Source of the DNA: Acidobacteriota bacterium
GTDB lineage: Bacteria; Acidobacteriota; UBA4820; DSQY01
NCBI GenBank assembly: GCA_049967655.1
Contig: JBMFSH010000020.1
Span: 1 to 46,907 of the forward strand
Direction: 5' to 3'
DNA length: 46,907 nucleotides
Positions 1 through 7,308 of this stretch are shown piece after piece; positions within the stretch are counted from its first letter, which is position 1, and each line of letters opens with the position of its first letter. The position numbers and the translations under genes are program-made. The notes beneath the pieces are model-generated. The model ran no database searches and was not told the DNA's origin. It saw nothing but the letters and a program-made list of their open reading frames with translations.

Positions 1-63
1 CCTTTCCCCCGTGAACCCGAGCGGTAGCCGGAGGCACCCGCGTTTCCATCGCGGAATTTGGGG
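1..63 (+). repeat. Dispersed ~72-bp repeat, copy 1 (cut by window start)
   Basis: CCTTTCCCCCGTGAACCCGAGCGGTAGCCGGAGGCACCCGCGTTTCCATCGCGGAATTTGGGG; 2 mismatches to 7319-7380 and 2 to the reverse complement of 46784-46846. Confidence 0.95.
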
Positions 64-1660
64 TGCGGGAGTCGCTCCGCCTTCTCCACAGGGAAAGTCC
101 TCCCGTCGCCGCAAATGCGGCCCGAGCCCTGATCTCGAACCCAAACCGCCGCAGATCGGTATCCACATAGCCCGGGCCCGCGTGCTCCAAAATCCACCCC
201 GCATTCGGGGCGTTGCCCTCTGCGAGATGCGCCATCGGGACGACCGTGCGTTCGCCCAGAAAGGAGACCCAGCCGCGGAGATCGTGCTCGCCGGCGGCAA
301 TCCCCACGGCCTGACCAGGGGGCACCTCATCCTGGAGCCAGCGAATGGCGGGCGTGGGGTCCCGCCTCAGGTTCAGAAGGGGGACCAGCAACACAAGGAC
401 CGACATGCAGAACAGCGCGGCTCCCATTCTCTGCAGGTCCCACAGGTTCCGCCATCGCGCGGCCCGGATCGAGACCGCTCCTCCCGTACCCGCCAGCACG
501 CCCAATCCCAGCATAAGCGCGTAGGACGGCCACAGGGAGCGGCTCCACAGGATGGCTAATGCCGGTGCCGCTACCGCGAGAAGGCCGGGGAGGTCCAGGA
601 GGGGAAGCGCCAGAGAAGAGGGGAGCGAGGCGACCCATGGAGTCTCCGGCCCCGCCAGCTCCCGGGTGGCCGCGGCGAGCAGGAGAAAAACGAAAGGAGC
701 CACCGCCAACACCAGACCGGGCCGTCCGCCCGGCCAGAGGAGCAAGGCGCCGAAGGCCCCCGCCGAAAGCACGGCCAGCTCCGACAGTTCGGGGTTGCGG
801 GCGGCGACGCGGCGCCAGAATACGGGCCTCCCCAAAGAAACGACTGCCACTAACCACGGCACGGCCATGCTGCTTAGGATAAGGAGATCCAGCCCCATCC
901 CCGACAAGGGCCAGAGGGAACGGCCGACCGGCAGCCCTAACAAGAGTGGGGCTCTCTGAGAAGGAGCGGCAATCGACCATGCCGCCAGGAACCACGGAGC
1001 GCACCCGGTGATCGCGAAGAGGGCGGCCGTGACCAGAAGACGAGCGTTTTTTCCCCTTTTCTCGCCGGCAGAACGTCTGTGGAGGAGGATCCCGGCCCCC
1101 GCCACGACCCAGAGGCCGGCGACGCCCGAACACCAAAACGTGAGGACCAGCGAGGCCGTGAGCAAGGTAGCTCGGCGCGGTGACGGCCCCCGTAGAAAGA
1201 GCCACAAAGCCGAGAGCGCTAGGGCGCCGCAGAGTCCCTCCAGGGCGGCGGGTCCTATCCAGTGGCCCGCGGCGAGAAACGGGAGGCTTGTCGCCATGAG
1301 GAAGACAGTCCTGCCGGCCAGTTCGCGCAGGCCGGCGGCCGCGGCGAGACGCCAGGTCAACAGGAGCAGGAGGATGGCCGCGAGGGCGCTCACGATGCGC
1401 GCCGAAGCCGGGGTGAAAGAGCCGGCGAGGGCAAAGGAAGAGGCGGCGAGCCAAGCATAGAGGGGAGGCAGATCGAGGACGCGGTCTCCGTTGAAGCGCG
1501 GAATCATCGTCGGTTGAAGGGTTATTTCTCTGGCGATTTCCGCCTGCTTCGCCTCGCCGCCCGGCCAAAGGGGCCGATCCATGCCTAGCACGCAAAGGCC
1601 TCCCAGGAAAACCCACAGCAGGATCAAGGAGAGTCTCTGGCTGTCGCGAGGGATGGCCAT
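1..1660 (-). CDS. ArnT/PMT-like (GT-C) polytopic membrane glycosyltransferase homologue, 3' end outside window
   Basis: Manual translation from ATG 1660: MAIPRDSQRLSLILLWVFLGGLCVLGMDRPLWPGGEAKQAEIAREITLQPTMIPRFNGDRVLDLPPLYAWLAA..., resembling the ArnT N-terminal 'DE.RYAEIAREM...P.LNG..Y.EKPPL..W' pattern. Many hydrophobic segments. No in-frame stop down to base 1, which is probably why it is absent from the ORF track. Confidence 0.8.
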   Translation of the reverse strand, partial: MAIPRDSQRLSLILLWVFLGGLCVLGMDRPLWPGGEAKQAEIAREITLQPTMIPRFNGDRVLDLPPLYAWLAASSFALAGSFTPASARIVSALAAILLLLLTWRLAAAAGLRELAGRTVFLMATSLPFLAAGHWIGPAALEGLCGALALSALWLFLRGPSPRRATLLTASLVLTFWCSGVAGLWVVAGAGILLHRRSAGEKRGKNARLLVTAALFAITGCAPWFLAAWSIAAPSQRAPLLLGLPVGRSLWPLSGMGLDLLILSSMAVPWLVAVVSLGRPVFWRRVAARNPELSELAVLSAGAFGALLLWPGGRPGLVLAVAPFVFLLLAAATRELAGPETPWVASLPSSLALPLLDLPGLLAVAAPALAILWSRSLWPSYALMLGLGVLAGTGGAVSIRAARWRNLWDLQRMGAALFCMSVLVLLVPLLNLRRDPTPAIRWLQDEVPPGQAVGIAAGEHDLRGWVSFLGERTVVPMAHLAEGNAPNAGWILEHAGPGYVDTDLRRFGFEIRARAAFAATGGLSLWRRRSDSRTPNSAMETRVPPATARVHGGK

Positions 1661-1766
1661 GCCTTCATCGTAGCACGGAGCGCGAGAGGGCCAGGGTGAC
1701 GTGGCTCGGTGGCGGTTCGTGAGGGGAGACGTGGATGGCCTCTTCGGCCTAGCTCTCGACAGCCAA

Positions 1767-3215
1767 TCAGGCCGCTCCGCGCGCGCTGAGCACGGCCGGG
1801 ACCGTCTTCAGCAGGATGACGAAATCCAGCATCAGACTCCAGTGGTCGATGTACTGCAGGTCCAGACGCATCCAGGTGTCGAAATCGAGGTCGCTTCGTC
1901 CGGAGATCTGCCAGAGGCAGGTGATGCCGGGGCGCATCGAGAGACGCCTTCGTTGCCATCTCTGGTATTTTTCGACCTCCGAGGGGATGGGAGGGCGCGG
2001 GCCCACGAGGGACATGTCGCCCTTGAGCACATTCCAAAGCTGTGGGAGTTCGTCCAGGGAGCTTTTGCGCAACAAACGTCCCACGGGCGTCACCCTTGGA
2101 TCCTGCCGAATCTTGAAAACGGGGCCGTCCACCTCATTCATGTGCTCGAGATGGTCCTTGAGGTTTTCAGCGCCCTGCACCATGGTCCGAAATTTGAAGC
2201 ACTTGAAGCGGCGGCCGTTCAGCCCCATTCGCTCCTGGACAAAGAAGATGGTACCCGGGCTGGTAGCCTTAATGGCAATGGCAACAAGACCTAGTATCGG
2301 CGCCAGGAGAAGAAGCCCTAGCGCAGAGACGCAAACGTCCAGGCTTCTCTTGAGGAAGAGTGCCAGCTGATCGTGGGGCACCGTCGTGTATCGGAGGAGG
2401 GGGAGTTCCTCGAGCCGCTCCATCTGCACAGCCGCTGAGAGATGCGGGAAGAGGTTGGCGGCTACCAGCGTATCCAGCCCGAGGTCTTCGCAGATCAGAA
2501 AAAGTTCCTCGAGTTCGGCGAGATCCTGGGTATCCACGCAGAAAATCACCCCGTCTACCACCTCCCTCGCGAGGAACTGCGGCAGGGCCTGGACGCTCCC
2601 CAGATTGGCCACCCCCAAAGCCTCCAGCGCAATGGCCCCTTCCCTCTCATCCTCTTGCCCGAGAGTCATGAAACCCCGTGGGCAAACTCCGATTTCGGGC
2701 TTCTCCAGCAAACGCCTGGCCACCTTCTGGGCCTTTTCCCCGGTTCCGACCAGAACCACGAGGCGGCAGTTCTTTCCGGCCACTGCCCTTCGCCGGAACC
2801 AGAGCGCTACCAAGTACTTCAGAAGTGTGGAGTGGATCACGAAGAGGCCAACGAAGAAGGCCAGGAAAAGACGGCTCATGAAGGTCAACTTGAGAAGGTA
2901 GGCAAGGGCCAACATGAGAAGCAACGCTACGGCCGCTGCCTTCACATTGCTCGCGAAGGTCAGCGTCAAGGAGACGCCCGGGTTCTGGCGGTAGCCGCCC
3001 GCGGAGAAGAGCGTACCCATGATCACGAGTGAAGCCAGGAGAAACACCGGAACGTAATCGTTGAACCCAAACATCGGGCGTGAAGCCAAAATGGTTGAGA
3101 GGCGCGGGATTAAGTCGCGGCGGGCCCAGAAGGCCAGCAAAAAGGAAAAGAGCACGGCCAGCAAATCGGCCAGGACGCAAACGGAGTTGAATTGGTGGCG
3201 GTAGTACTTCAGCAA
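1767..3215 (-). CDS. Undecaprenyl-phosphate sugar phosphotransferase (WcaJ/WbaP-type priming glycosyltransferase)
   Basis: N-terminal TM helices, central 'LVGTG' domain, C-terminal motifs KFRTM, DPRVT, SLDELPQLWNVLKGDMSLVGPRP, PGITCLWQISGRS. Start moved to TTG 3215, downstream of a GAGGAG SD and an extended -10 TGcTAAACT (3235-3243). Confidence 0.92.
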   Translation of the reverse strand: MLKYYRHQFNSVCVLADLLAVLFSFLLAFWARRDLIPRLSTILASRPMFGFNDYVPVFLLASLVIMGTLFSAGGYRQNPGVSLTLTFASNVKAAAVALLLMLALAYLLKLTFMSRLFLAFFVGLFVIHSTLLKYLVALWFRRRAVAGKNCRLVVLVGTGEKAQKVARRLLEKPEIGVCPRGFMTLGQEDEREGAIALEALGVANLGSVQALPQFLAREVVDGVIFCVDTQDLAELEELFLICEDLGLDTLVAANLFPHLSAAVQMERLEELPLLRYTTVPHDQLALFLKRSLDVCVSALGLLLLAPILGLVAIAIKATSPGTIFFVQERMGLNGRRFKCFKFRTMVQGAENLKDHLEHMNEVDGPVFKIRQDPRVTPVGRLLRKSSLDELPQLWNVLKGDMSLVGPRPPIPSEVEKYQRWQRRRLSMRPGITCLWQISGRSDLDFDTWMRLDLQYIDHWSLMLDFVILLKTVPAVLSARGAA

Positions 3216-3439
3216 AGGGCAAAACTCCTCGGTCAGTTTAGCACACGCCTCGGCGCGGTTGAATGTCGCCCAGCTCTCTGTCGTCCCAGCGTCGTCCCAG
3301 CTCACCCTCCCCCAGCGCCGTTGTGGCTCGGCATGGCTCCCGGCTGGCTCCTGGCTGTCAACACTCTTTAGCAATGTCCCCTGGCTTGCGCGCTAGCAGC
3401 TCAATCTCATAGAATACAGGATTGCGTTAAGGAGACCAG

Positions 3440-4429
3440 ATGCACATCGGGTCACAAGAGCTGGATTTGCTTAGGTCCGGCCGGAAATTTGTTCTGACGA
3501 CCCACGTCTCCTCGGACGGCGATGGGGTGGGGAGCCAGCTTGCGCTCGCGAGGGGGCTGCGGCAGTTGGGGTGCGACGTGACGATTATCAATCCTACGCC
3601 CGTACCGGAAAACCTCCGCTTTCTTCTCAAACGCGCGTCGGAAATCCAATCGGTTCGAGAGATGGAGTCGCCGGAGCGCTACTTCACGGGAGCCTTGACC
3701 GTGGTGCTGGACATAGGTGCCTTCGAGCGTTTGGGGGACGTGCTTCCGCTGGCCCGTCTGAGCGAAGGAATTCTTGTCGTGGACCACCACCGCATGGAGA
3801 GGACGAGCGGAGTCCACTACCTCCTGGACACGCAGGCCTGTGCCACGGGCGAGGTTACGGCGAGGATCCTGGAGGAGCTGAGCATACCCTTGACCTTGGA
3901 GCTAGCCGAACCCCTCTACGTGGCCATCCACACGGATACCGGTGGCTTCCGTTATCCCGGCACGACCCCCGAAACGCACCGCCTCGTAGCTCGGCTACTC
4001 GAAGTAGGCGTGGATCCGCAGAAGGTGTACACCGAGCTCTTCGAGCGGCTGACGCCCCTAAGGCTCTGGTTGACGAGTGAGGTGCTCTCAACCGTGCGCA
4101 TTTCTCCCGGCGGAAAGGTAGCCTGGCTCCAAATCCGCCAGGCGGTGCTGCAGAAGTACGGAGCCCGGATGGAGGATGCGGACGATATGGTCAACTTCAC
4201 GCTTGAACTGGACGGAGTCTTGGTCGGCTTCTACTTCAAGGAACTGGGCGATGGCATGACGAAGGTTTCCTGCCGATCGAGGGGGGATTTCGCCATCGAC
4301 AAGTTCGTGAGCCCTTGGGGAGGCGGAGGCCACCAGCACGCGGCGGGGGTGAAATTGAACCTCCCCATCGAGGAGGCAACGAAGATGTTGGTCTCTGCCG
4401 CCACCGATGTTTTGGAGAAAAAGGGTTGA
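3440..4429 (+). CDS. nrnA: DHH/DHHA1 bifunctional oligoribonuclease/pAp phosphatase
   Basis: Motifs TH..DGD, DHH, DTGGF, SCRS, GGGHQHAAG; AAGGAG SD upstream. Confidence 0.9.
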   Translation: MHIGSQELDLLRSGRKFVLTTHVSSDGDGVGSQLALARGLRQLGCDVTIINPTPVPENLRFLLKRASEIQSVREMESPERYFTGALTVVLDIGAFERLGDVLPLARLSEGILVVDHHRMERTSGVHYLLDTQACATGEVTARILEELSIPLTLELAEPLYVAIHTDTGGFRYPGTTPETHRLVARLLEVGVDPQKVYTELFERLTPLRLWLTSEVLSTVRISPGGKVAWLQIRQAVLQKYGARMEDADDMVNFTLELDGVLVGFYFKELGDGMTKVSCRSRGDFAIDKFVSPWGGGGHQHAAGVKLNLPIEEATKMLVSAATDVLEKKG

Positions 4430-5055
4430 AGCGAAGAATAGGGGTGCTTTTGACCGGGTGCGGCGCGTACGACGGCACGGACCCGCAAGAAGCCGTTTTG
4501 GTCATGCTCGAGATACAGGCCGCCGGGCATGAATTGGTGCCCTTGGCCATGGATTTGCCTCAATTCCATACCGTCGATCACACTACGGCTCAGGAGGTGG
4601 AGGGGGAAAGCCGCCAACAAATGCTGGAAGCGGCGAGGCTTGTGCGCGGTAAACTATATTTACTTGAAGAAATATCACCTAAGTTACTGGATGCGTTAAT
4701 TATTCCTGGTGGTCAAGGTCCCGTCAAGAATTTGCTGACCGGCTTTGCTACCATGCAGGAGCGGAGCGCCGTGGAGGCCGTAGGCAGTTTTCTTCGCGCC
4801 GTCCACAACTCTGGAGGGCTCATTGGCGCCCTCTCCCTCGCGGAATTCGTGGTGAGTTCGGTGCTGGGCCCCTGGCCGGAGGGGAAAGGTTGCTTTGATC
4901 TTCAACAGGACGAGGTCCTTGTGGACGCACAGCGGGGGATCTACCTCACTCCGGGTTATACGCTCGCCACCTCACTACCGCACCTGCACACAGGAATCCA
5001 TAACCTGTGCCAAGCCATCTTTCGGGACCTGGAAAGGCGGGATGAGAGCCAATGA
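4426..5055 (+). CDS. ElbB/ES1-like (DJ-1/PfpI superfamily) protein
   Basis: N-terminal LLTGCGAYDGTD..EAV, 'EAARLVRG' and 'IIPGG.G..KNL'. TTG start overlaps the nrnA stop (TTGA). Confidence 0.8.
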   Translation: MKRRIGVLLTGCGAYDGTDPQEAVLVMLEIQAAGHELVPLAMDLPQFHTVDHTTAQEVEGESRQQMLEAARLVRGKLYLLEEISPKLLDALIIPGGQGPVKNLLTGFATMQERSAVEAVGSFLRAVHNSGGLIGALSLAEFVVSSVLGPWPEGKGCFDLQQDEVLVDAQRGIYLTPGYTLATSLPHLHTGIHNLCQAIFRDLERRDESQ

Positions 5056-5147
5056 AGGTGCGCGCGGATAAGGGATGCTGTCCCGCCCCATCTGCACATT
5101 CGGAACCGCCGAGGAGGGGAGTGGTGGGTTTGCCGAAAGCCGAACCT

Positions 5148-5435
5148 TCAACGGGAAGGAGGTTGGCAAAGACAACTGATGCCCGGGATGCGAAGCCTAT
5201 GCATGGTTCGCTCTCCGCGGACTCGCACCTCCAATACCAGCTCATCCCTGTTGCACTTCAGCTCGAGCCGTTCTAGACCGCCCAACCACCTTTGGCGCTC
5301 CAGCTCAGCCATCACCCTCGCGCCGGCTTTCTTCTCCAAGCCATGAATCGAAAAGAATTCCGACAAGACGGCCTTCGCCACTCGCTGGCAGGCTGACGGT
5401 TCGTATGCGGCTAGGTCAATTCTCAAGCACAGCAT
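5148..5435 (-). CDS. Hypothetical protein (~95 aa)
   Basis: ORF with protein-like composition downstream of an extended -10 TGcTAGACT (5486-5494). No clear SD, start uncertain, no family recognised. Confidence 0.45.
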   Translation of the reverse strand: MLCLRIDLAAYEPSACQRVAKAVLSEFFSIHGLEKKAGARVMAELERQRWLGGLERLELKCNRDELVLEVRVRGERTMHRLRIPGISCLCQPPSR

Positions 5436-5590
5436 GGGATTCGAAGGTACGCGTAAGCCCGCAAAAAGTTCCGCCGCGAAGTGGCAGTCTAGCAAGGATT
5501 AAGACAGGAGGCAAACGCGGCGAAAGGCCCCCATCTGAAGAAGAGGATGGGCGCGCACAAGTCGCCGGTGCCTTCACTGCAATGGCCTTT

Positions 5591-5618
5591 ATTTAACATA
5601 AGATATCTTATCAGACGT
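5591..5618 (-). other. dif: dif site (XerC/XerD chromosome dimer resolution site)
   Basis: Minus strand ACGTCTGATAA-GATATC-TTATGTTAAAT has the 11-6-11 architecture. The right arm is identical to the E. coli XerD arm TTATGTTAAAT and the left arm ends in ATAA like XerC arms. Intergenic, AT-rich context. Confidence 0.9.
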
Positions 5619-5696
5619 ACTATAAGCGCAACCACTTTCCCTTCAAGCGTTCCCTGCACGCCAACCGACCATCGAGAAATCGCCGATGGGCAGGGT

Positions 5697-5933
5697 CTAC
5701 TCCAGAGGTTCGAGCGCGGGCAAACCCTCTGTCGTGTTCGTAACCCGGCTTGGAATACGCTCCGGCTCGTCGCCCAGACGTTGCTCCCACAGCTCCACGC
5801 GCATGTCCTTATCTTCCAGCACCTCACGGGCGTCCATCCAGTCATCTGGGGCTGTCGGAATCAAGGGCGCGGTGGGAGGCTGTGTGGCAGTCCCCCGTCG
5901 CCGCCGCTTTGAGCGTACCTGAATTGCTGGCAT
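5697..5933 (-). CDS. Small hypothetical protein (78 aa; basic N-terminus, acidic C-terminus)
   Basis: ATG with AAGGAG SD just upstream; AT-rich promoter-like region at about 6030-6125. No family recognised. Confidence 0.55.
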   Translation of the reverse strand: MPAIQVRSKRRRRGTATQPPTAPLIPTAPDDWMDAREVLEDKDMRVELWEQRLGDEPERIPSRVTNTTEGLPALEPLE

Positions 5934-6131
5934 GTGGGGCTCCTTGTCCCCAAGGTAGGCTACGAAATTGCCGGGTGCAACCCGCAGGTCTCCGGGGCCG
6001 AGCCGCTACGCTTCCAGCAGTATCTCGGTAGTCACTGTTATGAACTATATTTATACTGTAACGGAGGGCTATAATATTCTATTACTGAATAAGTTAGATT
6101 ATAATAGTAATCGTAATGCATTGCGAACGTA

Positions 6132-6166
6132 GAAGACTCCAGGCGGAATTACCGCCTGGAGTCTTC
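6132..6166. terminator. Perfect 15-bp hairpin, likely terminator of the trxA operon
   Basis: GAAGACTCCAGGCGG-AATTA-CCGCCTGGAGTCTTC directly downstream of the FmdB gene; no long U-tract. Confidence 0.7.
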
Positions 6167-6190
6167 GTTAGCCTGTCCGCGGTTTGTTAG

Positions 6191-6209
6191 AGGCCGCTCA
6201 CGGCGACCT
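6191..6209 (-). promoter_or_regulatory. Candidate bacterial SECIS for the FmdB UGA at 6225-6227
   Basis: AGGUCGC-CGUGA-GCGGCCU: 7-bp stem with one G-U pair, GU in the loop, loop starting 22 nt after the UGA. Confidence 0.55.
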
Positions 6210-6215
6210 GCGGTA

Positions 6216-6440
6216 TCAGCCCGCTCAGCTGAAGCCCGATCCACATCCCGAGGAGGAGCCCCCTGAGCTAAAGCCCCCGGAGGTCGCTGTCGCGGCTCCG
6301 CAGGCACCGGGCACGGATATCAGTTTGTGCACCTTCTCCGAACCGCAGTTCGGACAAGGGGGTGGGGGCGCATCCGAACGGAAGATGATCTTCTCGTAGC
6401 GGAGAGCGCAATTTTCGCATTGGTACTCATAGATTGGCAT
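6216..6440 (-). CDS. FmdB-family zinc-ribbon protein; possible selenoprotein (71 aa if UGA 6225-6227 is stop, 74 aa ending ...GCGSGFS-U-AG if Sec)
   Basis: MPIYEYQCENC...CPNCGS...KLIS is the FmdB signature, followed by a Gly/Ser tail. In-frame TGA GCG GGC TGA followed by a SECIS-like hairpin. Family call is firm; Sec is inferred. Confidence 0.85.
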
Positions 6441-6456
6441 CTGAATTCGCTCACTG

Positions 6457-6783
6457 TTAGAGGACCTTATCCAATAACCCCTTAAGTGCGGCCTTAGAAA
6501 GTGCACCCACGTGTTGTTGCGCCACTTGCCCATTTTTGAAAATGAGCAGCGAGGGAATGGCCATGATGCCAAACTGTGCCGCCACGTTCTGGTTCTCATC
6601 CACGTTGAGTTTGGTGAACTTGACTTTATCACCGAGTTCGCCGGACAGCTCTTCCACAACTGGGGCTACCATTCGGCACGGCCCGCACCACGGCGCCCAG
6701 AAATCCACAAGGACGGGCTTGGTGGAGTCGAGAACCTCGGACTGAAAAGAGCTATCCGTCACTTCGGTTACGTTTTTCGCCAT
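6457..6783 (-). CDS. trxA: Thioredoxin
   Basis: VLVDFWAPWCGPC active site; AAGGAGG SD 7 nt before ATG 6783. Confidence 0.97.
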   Translation of the reverse strand: MAKNVTEVTDSSFQSEVLDSTKPVLVDFWAPWCGPCRMVAPVVEELSGELGDKVKFTKLNVDENQNVAAQFGIMAIPSLLIFKNGQVAQQHVGALSKAALKGLLDKVL

Positions 6784-6934
6784 CACTTGGCCTCCTTACT
6801 TCCGTGGGACCGGACCCGGTCCCGCAGGATTGCGACATTCAGGTGTCGACCCCCATCTTCGGCAGCAGGAAGCGGTTGAGGAGATACCATGCCGCAATCA
6901 CAGCGCCGTAGATAAGCAGGTCTCGTCCCGTCAT
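6752..6934 (-). CDS. Small single-TM membrane protein, putative selenoprotein (60 aa, UxxxxC)
   Basis: MTGRDLLIYGAVIAAWYLLNRFLLPKMGVDT-(TGA 6839-6841)-MSQSCGTGSGPTEVRRPSDGEKRNRSDG-TAG. The ATG overlaps the DUF2892 stop (ATGA coupling) and a strong SECIS-like hairpin follows the TGA. Confidence 0.65.
6801..6829 (-). promoter_or_regulatory. Candidate bacterial SECIS for UGA at 6839-6841
   Basis: UCC-U-GC-GGGACCG-GGUC-CGGUCCC-AC-GGA: perfect 7-bp upper stem, GGUC loop (E. coli fdhF SECIS loop region AGGUCU), bulged U, loop starting 22 nt after the UGA. Confidence 0.7.
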
Positions 6935-7116
6935 TGAAGCCCTGCCTTTTTCAGAATCCACATCATGGGACACCAGTTGGTGAGGGAGGACTGAAACAGG
7001 TTCAGCCCCACAAAGGCGGTAAATAGATACCACAGCGGACTTACCCAATATCCTAGCGCCACCGAGAGCAAGATGAACAAGCCTGCAATTCCTCTCAGCG
7101 CACGGTCTACGCTCAT
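6931..7116 (-). CDS. DUF2892 (YgaP-like transmembrane domain) protein
   Basis: DRALRGIAG...FVGLNLFQSSLTNWCPM with two TM helices and the conserved CP; GGAGG SD. Confidence 0.9.
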   Translation of the reverse strand: MSVDRALRGIAGLFILLSVALGYWVSPLWYLFTAFVGLNLFQSSLTNWCPMMWILKKAGLQ

Positions 7117-7176
7117 TTCTCACCTCCACGTCAGGGTACTATAGATGCGTGAGAGGAGGCAACGGTAACACGAGCT

Positions 7177-7209
7177 CCCCAATCCCGCGATGGAACGGGG
7201 GAAAGAGCA
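7177..7209 (-). repeat. Internally deleted copy of the dispersed repeat, inverted relative to copy 2
   Basis: CCCCAATCCCGCGATGGAA+CGGGGGAAAG joins the two ends of the reverse-complement repeat (CCCCAAATTCCGCGATGGAA...ACGGGGGAAAG) with about 30 nt missing. Confidence 0.6.
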
Positions 7210-7308
7210 TGGAAAGCAGGCGGAACAATCCATTGAAGAAGAGGCCCTTGTCACCTACAAGGGATTGGGGCGCCCTCGAGCCAAGGGCGAGGGCACCAAG
7301 GGCGGGGT

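Noticed and set aside
327..1616. 429-aa minus-strand ORF in the track
   Set aside because: Arg/Pro/Gly-rich shadow frame; the real gene is the overlapping ArnT-like frame starting at 1660.
5055..6130. Integrated Xer-exploiting element or prophage at dif
   Set aside because: No second dif-like site, and no replication, integrase or phage gene was recognised in the window.
6931..6933. DUF2892 TGA as a further Sec codon
   Set aside because: The domain is complete, the TGA forms an ATGA overlap with the next start, and no SECIS-like hairpin follows.
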